From assembly GCA_964016885.1 (NCBI GenBank), contig OZ024740.1:108376001-108440000 (forward strand): a stretch of 64,000 bases of DNA, read 5' to 3'. This DNA comes from Eledone cirrhosa. Its lineage: Eukaryota. The notes beneath the pieces are model-generated. The model had not been told where the DNA came from. It worked only from the letters and a program-made list of their open reading frames with translations, and searched no databases. Positions 42,307 to 55,034 of the stretch are shown piece after piece (position 1 is the stretch's first letter; each line of letters begins with the position of its first letter). The position numbers and the translations under genes are program-made.

Positions 42307-45300
42307 AGGGTCATCCTGTCTCCAGAGCCAGGGTCATCCACACCAGCACTCGAGACCACCGCAGTTAAGGGACCCAGAGTGGCCGCCGCTGACACCAGAC
42401 CAGGTGTCATACCGACAGCCATTACTGGCACCCCAAAAGTCACACCAGTGCTGCTGCTGAATGTCAGGGGCCTGGTGAAACTCAGTAACATGAGTAAAAT
42501 TTCCTACCTGGGAGACTTAGCCATAAGCAATCAAGCACTATGCATGGCACTAACCGATACGCACCTGACAAGCAGTATAGCAGATGCAGAAATACATATA
42601 CCGAAATATACTGTATTTCGTTCGGACAGGAAGGAGAGAACTCATGGTGGGGTTGCTCTGTATATCCGTGAAGATGTCACACCAATTGTACTGTTGACAC
42701 ATTCAAACTCAGTCTGTGACACACTGATAATACATATGAAGCAACTACAGACGGTAATATGTGTCACATATCGGCCGCCCGATGCCCCCAGTCATGAGGG
42801 TAAATTTGAGGATAGCCTAAGTAGGATAGAAGAGGTCCTTGACAAACTGGACCAGGGTCTCAACATCCTACTGCTGGGAGACTTCAACCTACCAAAGGTC
42901 AAATGGCCTGAGGGCCACCTCCTCCCTGGAATGACGTCAATAGAACAGAGACAGACGGAATCCCTGCTGGCCCTCACACACAGGCTGTTCATGGAGCAAG
43001 CAATACTCCTCCCAACAAGAGGCGAAAATGTCCTGGACCTCTGTTTTACGAACAACGAAGTGCTCATCCACAATGTAAAGGTGACACCAACAATTCTCTC
43101 GGATCATAACTTGGTAGAGCTAATGATTTGTCGTCCAAGAGAACCAACAGAGACAAAACCACCAAGAAGCTCCGGGACGCTATCCAGCCTTAACTTCTAC
43201 GGGGCTGACTGGAAGAAGATTAAGAGTGAAATCCGGAAGCAAACATGGAGTGCAAACATCGCCACACAAGACACTAACACACAATTTCAACACTTCATGA
43301 CAACGATACACACCATATGCAAAAAGTGTGTCCCGGAGAAAGAGTCAAACAGACACAAAAATCTTATTCCCAGAGATAGGAAAATCCTTATGAGACGTAG
43401 AACTAAACTCTCAAACCAGTTGAATAGTCAACAAAACCAAAACAAGAAGGAATCCTATTTGAAACGTGCACTATTTGACACCGAGATTGCACTCAAGCTT
43501 TCACATGAGAATGAGAGGGCAAGGAAAGAGAACAGGGCCATAGAAAACATTAAAACAAACCCTAAGGCCTTCTTTAAATTTGCAAAAGAAACTGCCTCAG
43601 TACACTGCAAGATTGGACCACTCTTCCACACGGACGGTTCATTAACCGAAAATCCCCAAGAGATATGTGAAATACTGAACGAACAGTACAAAAGTGTCTT
43701 CACATGTCCACTGAGGCACATGCAAATAACGAAGCCAGAGGAGTTCTTTGATGCCACAACACTACATCAAGAAATGGCAACCATCAACCACATAGACATA
43801 ACAGAGGAGGATGTGGTGTACGCCATTGATGAAAATAAAACAGACTCGGCTGCTGGACCTGATGGATTCCCAGCAGTTCTCTTAAAAATATGTAAGCGGG
43901 CCTTAGCAACTCCACTGAAGATGCTCTTCAGAAGCTCCTTGGCTAGCGGTGTACTACCCAGGGAGCTGAAAGAAGGCACAATATGCCCTATCCATAAAGG
44001 AGGTAGTAGAGCGGAGGCCAAGAACTATAGGCCAGTCTCCCTGACGTCGCATATCAGTAAGGTCATGGAGCGAGTCGTCAGAAAGAAACTAATCACTTTC
44101 CTCGAAGAAAATGACCGCCTGACTAGCACGCAACATGGCTTCCGCCCAGGAAGAAGCTGCCTTACACAGCTGCTACATCACTACGACTGGGTACTGAGAC
44201 AGCTACTAGACAGCTCACATGTAGACGTGATATATCTTGACTTTGCGAAGGCCTTTGACAAGGTCGACCACGGAATGATATGTCACAAACTACACGGACT
44301 CGGCATAACTGGAAAAGTAGGTGAGTGGCTGCATGGCTTCCTAAGGGACAGAAGCCAGGCAGTCGCAGCAAATGGGGCCCTCTCGAGGGAAACACCGATA
44401 ACAAGTGGGGTGCCTCAGGGGACAGTCCTGGGACCACTACTGTTTTTGGTGGCTCTCTCGGACATGCCCTCTGTGGTGCATGCAACAACATCCCTCACTA
44501 GCTATGCTGATGACACTAAGGTAGCACAGGCAATCAAAAACCCGGCTGACGCTGCCCTCTTACAGCAGGATCTGGATGCCATATACAGATGGGCGGAAGA
44601 AAACAACATGCAGTTTAATGCTGGCAAATTCCAAGCCCTACAATACAAACCTGCAAACACAAACACAAATATAGCGGAACACAGCTACACAGGACCAGGA
44701 GGGACCGATATCCCCGTGTCAAAATCGATACGAGACCTGGGCATAGACATGAGCGATGATGCATCTTTTTCTTCACACATCATGAAGGTGGCGACAGCAT
44801 GTAGACGATTCGCTGGCTGGATCTTGAGGACTTTCCTTACAAGAGATCGAGACACCATGTTGACACTGTGGAGGACTTTTGTCCTAAGCCGCCTGGACTA
44901 CTGCTCCCAGCTGTGGTCACCCCATAGTGTCAAACTAACCACAGAGCTTGAGGCAATCCAGCGAAGCTACACCAAGAGGATTGCCAAGATGAGGGAGACA
45001 AGCTACTGGGAGAGGCTGAAGGAACTGAACCTCTACTCCTTGGAGCGAAGACGGGAGAGATACGCAGTGATCTACATGTGGAAAATCCTGGAGGGACTAG
45101 CACCAAACTTTGGCATTGGGAGCTGGACCAACCGTCGAACAGGACGTCACTGTGTGGTGCCAAAGGTCCCGTCTTCCACATCTAGAATAAGGAGCAGGTA
45201 TTGCAATAGCCTGGGATTCAAGGGCCCTCAACTCTTCAACAAGCTGCCGAGGCATCTGCGAGACTTGCATGACGTGGAGGTGGATGTCTTTAAGAAACAT

Positions 45301-45488
45301 CTCGACACCTTGTTATCCAGGATCCCGGATGAGCCCACAGCAAGACACGAGGGAAACCTAAGGGCAGCAGCAACAAACTCCCTCCAACACCAGTGGCCAA
45401 CCTGTACAGGCTGGAGATAAAATGTGTAGCAACAAGGGCGGTGCCCCAGCATGGCCTCAGCCGGATGGCTGAAACAGGTAAAAGAGTA
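42307..45488 (+). mobile_element. CR1/L2-group LINE, 5'-truncated within ORF1, ORF2 intact
   Basis: Short 3'UTR with stem-loop tcagcc-ggat-ggctga and a TAAAAGAG tail, inserted in (TA)n. Confidence 0.93.
42379..45420 (+). CDS. CR1-group ORF2: APE endonuclease and reverse transcriptase
   Basis: 1013 aa without a stop: LNVRGL, GGVALY, GDFN, SDH, AAGPDG, NYRPVSL, QHGF, DFAKAFD, GVPQG, YADD, RDLG. Confidence 0.92.
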   Translation: MAAADTRPGVIPTAITGTPKVTPVLLLNVRGLVKLSNMSKISYLGDLAISNQALCMALTDTHLTSSIADAEIHIPKYTVFRSDRKERTHGGVALYIREDVTPIVLLTHSNSVCDTLIIHMKQLQTVICVTYRPPDAPSHEGKFEDSLSRIEEVLDKLDQGLNILLLGDFNLPKVKWPEGHLLPGMTSIEQRQTESLLALTHRLFMEQAILLPTRGENVLDLCFTNNEVLIHNVKVTPTILSDHNLVELMICRPREPTETKPPRSSGTLSSLNFYGADWKKIKSEIRKQTWSANIATQDTNTQFQHFMTTIHTICKKCVPEKESNRHKNLIPRDRKILMRRRTKLSNQLNSQQNQNKKESYLKRALFDTEIALKLSHENERARKENRAIENIKTNPKAFFKFAKETASVHCKIGPLFHTDGSLTENPQEICEILNEQYKSVFTCPLRHMQITKPEEFFDATTLHQEMATINHIDITEEDVVYAIDENKTDSAAGPDGFPAVLLKICKRALATPLKMLFRSSLASGVLPRELKEGTICPIHKGGSRAEAKNYRPVSLTSHISKVMERVVRKKLITFLEENDRLTSTQHGFRPGRSCLTQLLHHYDWVLRQLLDSSHVDVIYLDFAKAFDKVDHGMICHKLHGLGITGKVGEWLHGFLRDRSQAVAANGALSRETPITSGVPQGTVLGPLLFLVALSDMPSVVHATTSLTSYADDTKVAQAIKNPADAALLQQDLDAIYRWAEENNMQFNAGKFQALQYKPANTNTNIAEHSYTGPGGTDIPVSKSIRDLGIDMSDDASFSSHIMKVATACRRFAGWILRTFLTRDRDTMLTLWRTFVLSRLDYCSQLWSPHSVKLTTELEAIQRSYTKRIAKMRETSYWERLKELNLYSLERRRERYAVIYMWKILEGLAPNFGIGSWTNRRTGRHCVVPKVPSSTSRIRSRYCNSLGFKGPQLFNKLPRHLRDLHDVEVDVFKKHLDTLLSRIPDEPTARHEGNLRAAATNSLQHQWPTCTGWR

Positions 45489-45514
45489 TATATATATTTA
45501 TATATATATATAAT

Positions 45515-45545
<31 letters not shown>

Positions 45546-45558
45546 ATATTTTTATATT

Positions 45559-45607
<49 letters not shown>

Positions 45608-45684
45608 ATATATTTATATATATATATATATATATTGATATATATATATATATATATATATATATTGATATATATATATATATT

Positions 45685-45781
<97 letters not shown>

Positions 45782-45830
45782 ATATTTATATACTTATTTA
45801 TATATATATATATATTTATATACTTATATA

Positions 45831-48549
45831 TCATCATCATCATCATCATCATCAACGTTTAACGTCCGTGTTCCACGCTTGCATGGGTTTGGACGGGGGT
45901 AGTCCCACTTGAGGCAAGAGTGATTGTCTTGCTCGCATAGGACTGTCTGGCAGGTTTTCTACAGTTGGATGCCCTTCCTAACACCAACCACATTTACAGT
46001 GTGGGTCTGGGAGGTTTTTACCGTGTTGCCTACACGGCCACATTACAGCGTGGACTGTGTGTTTTTTTGTCGTGACACCTACACGATCTCATTTGTTTCG
46101 GCCTCGATGGCGCGGCACCAACATAACTTTACATAGAACGGGGTGGTGTGGATCAGGTGGGGGTGGTGTGGATCGGGTGGGGGTGGTGGTGGTGGGACGG
46201 GGTGTATTTTGTTAGAGATGCCTACTGGCTGGAGTAGGTTTTACTATATATTTAGGTAAGGCGGGTCTTCTCTGTTACTGAGTACCGCCAAAGGTCTCGG
46301 TCCAGTGACATTGTCTTGGAGAGGTGTAAGTGTGTGATGTCGGAGTTTATCAGCTCGTCCCAGGTTTTTCTAGGTCTGCCTATTCCGTGACTACCGTCTA
46401 TCTTTATTGCCCTGCACTTTGTTATACAGCTATCGACTTTCATGCGCATCACGTGTCCATACCAACGTAGCCTTCTCTCGAGTAAACAACATCTGATCCC
46501 TCTTATCTCTAATTTTTTCCTTAGTTCGTTTATGCTTTGCCGTTCACGTATATTACTGTTACACATCCAGCGGAGCATGCAAGCTTCGTTCCTCTCTAGT
46601 CTGCGTATATCCTCTGCACACAATGCCCAGGTCTCACTGCCATGCAGCATTGCTGTTCGTATGCAGGCATCGTACAACCTGCCTTTCATTTTTAGTGAGA
46701 ACCCTTTAGCAGCTAATAGTGGTATAAGCTCTCTGAACTTTTTCCAACCAGTTCTGACTCTAGCTACAGTACTTTCAGAGCACCCTCCCCCACTGCTGAT
46801 TTTATCGCCCAGGTAACGGAAGCTGTCCACTATTTCTATAGAACCCTCTGCGCAATTGAAAGAGCTAGTAGTTTGTGGGCACTTGCTGCTACTTATTGCA
46901 CCAGAGCACCGGCCACATGTAAAATCTATGTTCTTAGTTAGCTTACCTGTGATCCCACTACATCTTTTATGCACCCATACTCTGCATTTAGGACATAAAA
47001 TGGAGTTTCTACCTACGCCTTTGCTACACACCGAGCACGACCATTTCCCAGAAGGGACCGCCGCCTTGTTTTCTTTCCTACAAACTAGTACTTTGGTCTT
47101 AGCCAGGTTAATTTTAAGTCCTTTTGACTCTAGGCCGTGCTTCCATGTTTGGAATTTCTTCTCTAGCTCGGCCATTGATTCCGCTATGAGTGTCAGGTCG
47201 TCTGCGTATAGGAGTTCCCATGGGCAGCCTGTCTTGAACTCCTCTGTTATAGCCTGAAGGGCAATAATAAATAGTAGTGGACTGAGAACAGAGCCCTGAT
47301 GGACGCCAACTTTTACGCTAAACTCTTCACTATATTCGTTGTTAATTCTAACCTTGCTGACTGTTTCTTTATACATGGCTTGTATAGCCCTCACAAGCCA
47401 TTCGTCAACGCCTAGTTTTCTAAGAGCCCACCAGATAATGGAGCGGGGGACTCTGTCGAAGGCTTTCTCCAAGTCGACAAAAGCTAAGTAGAGGGGTTTA
47501 CCTTTAGCTAGGTACTTCTCCTGTAGTTGTCGTACTATGAAAAGAGCGTCTGTGGTACTTTTGCCTGACACAAACCCGAACTGCATTTCATCTAGGTCAA
47601 TTCTCTCTCTGATTAGTTGCGCTATTACTTTTTCCGTGACCTTCATGACCTGGTCGATTAATTTAATGCCTCTATAGTTACTCCTATCTAGGGCGTCTCC
47701 TTTACCCTTATAACAGTTAACGATGATGCTGCTATGCCAGTCCTTCGGAACAACCCCATTCTGTACGACTTGGTTAACTATGCGGGTGACCATGGTGTGT
47801 CCCACCGTGCCAGATGCCTTCAGCATCTCAGCAACTATTTCCGAAGGCCCAGCCGCCTTACCAGTCTTCATATCCTTGATTGCCTTACTTATTATACTCC
47901 CCTCGACTAACACTGCTGGTCCCTCTATTGGGTCGATATGGGGGAGACTGCCTTTCTCCCAATTATTCTCCTCATTTAGTAGCCTTTCATAGTGACACTT
48001 CCAAGCTACCTTCTTATCAGCGTCGGTGATGGCAAGTGTGCCATCGTCGTTTAGTACACACTTCTCCCCGACAATATCACGGTTTTCCTTGACGCATTGC
48101 CTAGCAATCCTGAACACCTCACGTTTTTGGTCATCGCGTTGTAGAACATGCTTGAACTTTCTTTCCTCAGCTTCCCTTCTTGCTAAGTACACTTGTCTCC
48201 TAGCTTCCCTCCTGGCCAGTTGATAGTCCTCTCTACTTCCCCCATCCCGCCATACTTTCCAAGCCTGCTTTTTGGCCTTAATTGACCCCTCCACCTTACT
48301 GTTCCACCACCATGTTACTCTCCTCCTGCCTACAGGCCTGCTCCAGCCACAGACCTCGTCTGTCGCCAACAGCAGGTTTGCTTTCAGAAATTCCCACTCT
48401 CCCTCTATATTGTCCGACTCTAAATGTTCTTCCTTACTGTCGAAAGCATCAAGTAATATGCTTTGAAATTTATTCCTGGCTGTGGGGTCCTTTAGCTTCC
48501 ATATTTTCCTCCTGAGGATAGTCCTCTTCTGTTGTCGAGTACGTCTCGT
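45831..48549 (-). mobile_element. RTE-clade LINE (family A), 5'-truncated, RT frame intact
   Basis: ORF 46252-48369 is nearly identical to the 36825-40285 copy. Confidence 0.94.
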
Positions 48550-48578
48550 CTATATATATATATTCTTATTTATATATT

Positions 48579-48734
<156 letters not shown>

Positions 48735-48746
48735 TAAATATATATA

Positions 48747-48827
48747 TACTCTTTTACTCTTTTACCTGTTTCAGCCATCCGGCTGAGGCCATGCTGGGGC
48801 ACCGCCCTTGTTGCTACACATTTTATC
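48747..48827 (-). mobile_element. CR1 3'-terminal fragment
   Basis: Reverse complement of 45416-45488, with two TAAAAGAG tail units. Confidence 0.8.
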
Positions 48828-49091
48828 ATGACTTATAACACTTTTAATGCTTGCACTATCTTTAATGCTTATGATATTTCTCCACACACACACTATATCA
48901 ATCATATAAAGAATTTGCCACCAGATCTACCAACCTAACACTCTTATTTACCTACCTAAGTGCCTCTACCACACATATCTCTCTGCCACACTATATAAAC
49001 AAGACGCACATGCGTGCCACACATATAACATTTGCACTATATAACCGCTTATCTTCATGTTGTATTTTAACCTATATTTTTGATTTTTGAT

Positions 49092-49405
49092 TCATCATCA
49101 TCATCATCATCACCGTTTTACGTCCGTTCTTCCACGCTAGCATGGGTTAGACGGGTTGTCCTGTTGTGGGCAGTGTCTGGTCGGCTGACCATGCCTTGCT
49201 CATACAGGAACAGATCTGGCTTGATTTCTACAGCTGGATGCCCTTCCTAACACCAACCTCATTTACAGTGAGTGCTGGGTGCTTTTTCGTGTGGGCTGGG
49301 TGCTTTTTTGCCGTGGCACCTCCACGACCACCTTGCGGTGGGGGGGGGGGGCATATTATTTATATGCTTCAGCATGTACCCATGGGAGGTCGGGTGTACC
49401 TATTA
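49092..49405 (-). mobile_element. RTE family C 3' end fragment
   Basis: Similar to 60626-60965, with (GAT)n tail. Confidence 0.75.
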
Positions 49406-49557
49406 ACATAAATGTAATCTCGAAGTGTGTACTGCCACTCTAAATTCTGTAATGAATGTTGACCCACAATGTTTGAATATGTATCAATGTTTGAATATGT
49501 ATTGGTATGTCTCTCGGCTGAAAAGGAGGTCATATAACTGTCCATGCATTAATAGAT

Positions 49558-49604
49558 TGCTCCGAAGAATCCAAACCTCGGTTTGGAGGAAACAGCTGTA
49601 AGCA
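49558..49604 (+). ncRNA. Type I hammerhead with U4C core in an unclassified ~400-bp insert (49410-49810)
   Basis: tgct-CCGAAGA-a tccaaacc tc ggtttgga g-GAAA-cagctg-TA-agca, with palindromic stem III. Confidence 0.7.
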
Positions 49605-49827
49605 CAATAATGTTTTGAACAGTTCTTTGATTCTATATTTCATATAACTGCTCTGTAAATCATTTGTTGTTTTTACATTGAGCTACTTAACTTACTGGTA
49701 ATAAGGTAGTAATACAATACTGCCTACCACTATTTAGGGTGAGTGTAAAATACTTACAACTGCTTAAGGTCTTGTATTTACATAACCATAAATAGTATAA
49801 CTAATACTATATTTATATATATATATT

Positions 49828-49878
<51 letters not shown>

Positions 49879-49950
49879 ATTTATATATATTTATATTTAT
49901 ATATATTTATATATATATATATTTATATATATATATATTTATATATATAT

Positions 49951-50643
49951 ATACGTGAACGGCAAAGCATAAACGAACTAAGGAATAAATTAGAGATAAG
50001 AGGGATCAGATGTTGTTTACTCGAGAGAAGGCTACGTTGGTATGGACACGTGATGCGCATGAAAGTCGATAGCTGTATAACAAAGTGCAGGGCAATAAAG
50101 ATAGACGGTAGTCACGGAATAGGCAGACCTAGAAAAACCTGGGACGAGCTGATAAACTCCGACATCACACACTTACACCTCTCCAAGACAATGTCACTGG
50201 ACCGAGACCTTTGGCGGTACTCAGTAACAGAGAAGACCCGCCTTACCTAAATATATAGTAAAACCTACTCCAGCCAGTAGGCATCTCTAACAAAATACAC
50301 CCCGTCCCACCACCCCCACCCGATCCACACCACCCCGTTCTATGTAAAGTTATGTTGGTGCCGCGCCATCGAGGCCGAAACAAATGAGATCGTGTAGGTG
50401 TCACGACAAAAAAACACACAGTCCACGCTGTAATGTGGCCGTGTAGGCAACACGGTAAAAACCTCCCAGACCCACACTGTAAATGTGGTTGGTGTTAGGA
50501 AGGGCATCCAACTGTAGAAAACCTGCCAGACAGTCCTATGCGAGCAAGACAATCACTCTTGCCTCAAGTGGGACTACCCCCGTCCAAACCCATGCAAGCG
50601 TGGAACACGGACGTTAAACGTTGATGATGATGATGATGATGAT
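49951..50643 (+). mobile_element. RTE 3' fragment
   Basis: Matches 39568-40285. Confidence 0.9.
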
Positions 50644-50696
50644 ATATTTATATATATATATATTTATATATATATATATTTATATATATTTATATA

Positions 50697-51385
50697 TGTA
50701 TAACAAAGTGCAGGGCAATAAAGATAGACGGTAGCCATGGAGTAGGCAGACCCAGAAAAACATGGGACGAGCTGATAAATTCCGACCTCACACGCTTACA
50801 CCTCTCCAAGACAATGTCACTGGACCGAGACCTTTGGCGGTACTCAGTAATAGAGAAGACCCGCCTTACCTAAATACAAAGTAAAAACCTACTACAGTCA
50901 GTAGGCATCTCTATCAAACCCCCCCCCCCCCCCCGTCCCACCACCTCCACCCCATCCACACCGCCACTTTCAATGTACAGTTATGTTGGTCCCACAACAT
51001 CCAGGCCGAAACAAATGAGATCGTGTAGGTGTCACGACAAAAAAACACACAGTCCACGCTGTAAATGTGGCCGTGTAGGCAACACGGTAAAAACCTCCCA
51101 GCCCCACACTGTAAATGTGGTTGGTGTTAGGAAGGGCATCCAGCTGTAGAAAACCCGCCAGACAGTCCACGCTGTAATGTGGCCGTGTAGGCAACACGGT
51201 AAAAACCTCCCAGACCCACACTGTAAATGTGGTTGGTGTTAGGAAGGGCATCCAACTGTAGAAAACCCGCCAGACAGTCCTATGCGAGCAAGACAACCAC
51301 TCTTGCCTCAAGTGGGAAAACCCCCGTCCAAACCCATGCAAGCGTGGAACACGGACGCTAAACCTGATGATGATGATGATGATGA
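50697..51385 (+). mobile_element. RTE 3' fragment (duplicated-UTR variant)
   Basis: Matches 6203-6875 in reverse complement. Confidence 0.88.
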
Positions 51386-51389
51386 TATT

Positions 51390-51449
<60 letters not shown>

Positions 51450-51643
51450 TATATATATATATATTTATATATATATATTTATATATATATATATTTATAT
51501 ATATATTTATATATATATATATATTTATATATTTATATATATATATTTATATATATATATTTATATATATATATTTATATATATATATTTATATATATAT
51601 ATTTATATATATATATATTTATATATATATATATTTATATATT

Positions 51644-51675
<32 letters not shown>

Positions 51676-51952
51676 TATATATATATATATTTATATATAT
51701 ATATATTTATATATATATATATTTATATATATATATATTTATATATATATATATTTATATATATATATATTTATATATAATATAAGATCAAAAGATGGTT
51801 AAAGGAGTTCCATATATTTTATTATGCGCATTTCAAAAACAAACATCATCAAGCAATAATATTTGTGTTTTCATCAGATAAAACAGGAGAACATGATATG
51901 AAGGCTAAAAAACACTTGTGGATAGTGCAGTTTTAAATCAACATATCTAGTA

Positions 51953-53749
51953 CAATTCGAGGAAGAATTAACTAAAATAATAAAAAATCTTAAATTCAAG
52001 AGATACCCTTACAAAGGACAAGAGCACCTTGTAAATCCCAAGAACACAATCTCTAACCTAAATTCCTCAAAAAATGTTTTAGTCCACTCTGACAAAACCA
52101 ATAACCTATATGGTATTTCCAAGGATAATTATAACAACCTTATCCTAAAGGAACTTAGGAAAAAGTATCGTAAAACCAACCATGAAAATTTAGAATGCAT
52201 AAACCTTGAAGCCTATGAGATTATGTCAAAACTTGGCATTGAAAAAAAGACCGAACCATTCCTCCCAAGAACTCCGAGGATAAATCTCAAGGATCACAAA
52301 AACAATTTTCGCACTGAACTACCTGTTAGATTAATCGCCCCCTCTAAATCTGATCTGGGGGTTGTTAGTAAAGCCATCTTGGATAGGATTATCCCACAGG
52401 TTAGTTCTAATTGCTCTTCTTTAAACCTAAATTTATGGTTTGGTACTTCTGAAGTGATTGGCTGGTTCAACAAATTGGATAATAAAAACAAACTAAAATT
52501 TATTCAATTTGATATTGCCAGCTACTATTCCTCCATTTCGCCTTCACTTCTCAATAATGCTCTATCTTTCGCACTTAAATATTCTGACATCACCACAGAT
52601 GAACTTCACATCATCCTCACCGCACGTAAAACCATCCTAGAGTTCAACAACGAATATTGGACCAGAGCCGATACCGCTAACAACTTCGACATCACAATGG
52701 GAGCATCCGATTCATCCCAATTGACTGATTTAATTGGTATCTTCATTTTGAACTCTTTGAGTCGGAAAATTCCTCAACTTCGCGGTGGAATTTATCGTGA
52801 CGATGGACTCTTTACTATCCTAAATTGCAATATAGTCAAACTTAATATTATTAAGAACAATATACGTAATCTCTTTAACCAACATAACCTAAAAATTGAA
52901 TTTGATAATAGTATCAAACTAGCTAATTTCTTGGATGTATCTCTTAATCTTGACACTGGCCTATATTACCCTTACCATAAAAACAATGAGAACCTTAATT
53001 ATGTTAACTTTAAATCTAACCATCCTACCAATATCAAGAATGCTATAGTTAATAATATTGGAAATAGAATATCTAACATATCTTCTAATAAAAACATCTT
53101 TGATGCTAACGCCAATTACTATAATAACGCACTTTCTAAAGCCGGCTATCCAGATAAAATCAAATATAATAAAGAAACAAATTCTAGGAAAACTTACAGT
53201 AGAATAATTAATCATGACCATTCCAATAATTTTAATAAAAGACCTAGATACAAAAACATAATCTGGTATAATGCTCCTTTCTCCATCTCTATTAATAACA
53301 ATATTCCTAAATTATTTTTTAGTGCCTTAAATAAATGCTTCCCTCCCTCACATATCTATAGTAAAATATTTAACAAACACACCATCAAATTTTCGTATTC
53401 TACATCCTCCAATATTTCCAACATCATCTCTAAACACAACAACAAAATATTAAATACTAAATCTCTTCCTTCCAATATTGAATTTCATAATAACAGTAAT
53501 AGTACTCTCGACGTCATTGTAAACCCTAGGCTAACTTCTGTAAACCCAAATACAACGTCAAACACAACTTCGCTAAATGTTCATAATCCAACTCTAAATC
53601 AAGAAACTATTATTCCTATTATTCCTATCGCAAACAACTTCTCCAATCCAATTCCTTCTATAGATAACACTAGATCACTCATTAATAATCTCTCTAATTG
53701 CAACTGCCGCATTAAAAATAAATGTCCTCCAAAAATAATGATATGTTGA
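51953..53749 (+). CDS. PLE reverse transcriptase (frame is open upstream of the Met at 52223)
   Basis: SDKTNN, PVRLI, QFDIASYY, FDITMGASDS, IYRDDG, FLDV, SNHP, IIWYNAPFS, KIFN...FSYS, CNCR...CP. The frame ends before any GIY-YIG motif. Confidence 0.88.
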   Translation, partial: QFEEELTKIIKNLKFKRYPYKGQEHLVNPKNTISNLNSSKNVLVHSDKTNNLYGISKDNYNNLILKELRKKYRKTNHENLECINLEAYEIMSKLGIEKKTEPFLPRTPRINLKDHKNNFRTELPVRLIAPSKSDLGVVSKAILDRIIPQVSSNCSSLNLNLWFGTSEVIGWFNKLDNKNKLKFIQFDIASYYSSISPSLLNNALSFALKYSDITTDELHIILTARKTILEFNNEYWTRADTANNFDITMGASDSSQLTDLIGIFILNSLSRKIPQLRGGIYRDDGLFTILNCNIVKLNIIKNNIRNLFNQHNLKIEFDNSIKLANFLDVSLNLDTGLYYPYHKNNENLNYVNFKSNHPTNIKNAIVNNIGNRISNISSNKNIFDANANYYNNALSKAGYPDKIKYNKETNSRKTYSRIINHDHSNNFNKRPRYKNIIWYNAPFSISINNNIPKLFFSALNKCFPPSHIYSKIFNKHTIKFSYSTSSNISNIISKHNNKILNTKSLPSNIEFHNNSNSTLDVIVNPRLTSVNPNTTSNTTSLNVHNPTLNQETIIPIIPIANNFSNPIPSIDNTRSLINNLSNCNCRIKNKCPPKIMIC

Positions 53750-53803
53750 TTTAAAACTGCACTATCCACAAGTGTTTTTTAGCCTTCATATCATGTTCTC
53801 CTG

Positions 53804-53870
53804 TTTTATCTGATGAAAACACAAATATTATTGCTTGATGATGTTTGTTTTTGAAATGCGCATAATAAAA
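53804..53870 (+). ncRNA. Type I hammerhead in pLTR (inverted copy at 51817-51883)
   Basis: ttttat-CTGATGA-aaac acaaatatta...tgtttgt tttt-GAAA-tgcgca-TA-ataaaa. Confidence 0.85.
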
Positions 53871-54019
53871 TATATGGAACTCCTTTAACCATCTTTTGAT
53901 CTTATATTATGCATACTCCAGTCCCACAAACTGTAGAGTGCTTCTTATCCGATATCTGCATTGCTTTATTGTACTACAATAAAACTCACCTCCTACATAT
54001 ATTTATATATATATATATT

Positions 54020-54051
<32 letters not shown>

Positions 54052-54092
54052 TATATATATATATATTTATATATATATATACTTATATATAT

Positions 54093-54230
54093 AAAAACCA
54101 CAGACCCTCCATCTCAACTCACCTTTTGAAAAGCAGAAGAACTGCGAAACCGGTAAAGGAACCAAATAAATATATATATTTTTTTTTAAAATAAGACTCC
54201 AGTTGCATTTTCGATTTCATCTGTTTTTCT
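54093..54230 (+). mobile_element. Fragment of the 9767-10206 family with an intact U3-A8 HHR (54122-54159)
   Basis: Near-identical to 10072-10206. Confidence 0.8.
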
Positions 54231-54233
54231 CTA

Positions 54234-54342
<109 letters not shown>

Positions 54343-54343
54343 T

Positions 54344-54396
<53 letters not shown>

Positions 54397-54397
54397 T

Positions 54398-54470
<73 letters not shown>

Positions 54471-54647
54471 TTATATATATATATTTATATATATATATTT
54501 ATATATTTATTTATATATTTATATATTTATATATATATATTTATATATTTATTTATATATATATATATTTATATATATATATATTATTATATTTATTTAT
54601 ATATATATATATTATTATATTTATTTATATATATATATATATTTATT

Positions 54648-54678
<31 letters not shown>

Positions 54679-54715
54679 ATTATTATATTTATTTATATAT
54701 ATATATATTATTATA

Positions 54716-54758
<43 letters not shown>

Positions 54759-54863
54759 TATTATATTTATTTATTTATATATATATATATTTATATATAT
54801 ATTATTATATTTATTTATTTATATATATATATATTTATATATATATTATTATATTTATTTATT

Positions 54864-54894
<31 letters not shown>

Positions 54895-54949
54895 ATTATT
54901 ATATTTATATATATATATATATATTTATACATATATATATTATTATATT

Positions 54950-54980
<31 letters not shown>

Positions 54981-55034
54981 AAACTTTAATCTGTTACTTT
55001 AATAAATATATATATATATTTATATATATATATA

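Larger units (their letters stand above)
51777..53998 (+). mobile_element. Penelope-like element (Naiad-like) with inverted pLTR, endonuclease absent
   Basis: Inverted repeat 51777-51947 / 53740-53910, each arm with an HHR, flanking an RT ORF. Flanked by (TA)n. Confidence 0.88.

Noticed and set aside
52223-53749. Selenoprotein-type Naiad (in-frame UGA plus SECIS)
   Set aside because: There is no in-frame UGA at conserved Cys positions. The terminal TGA lies inside the pLTR after the apparent deletion junction.
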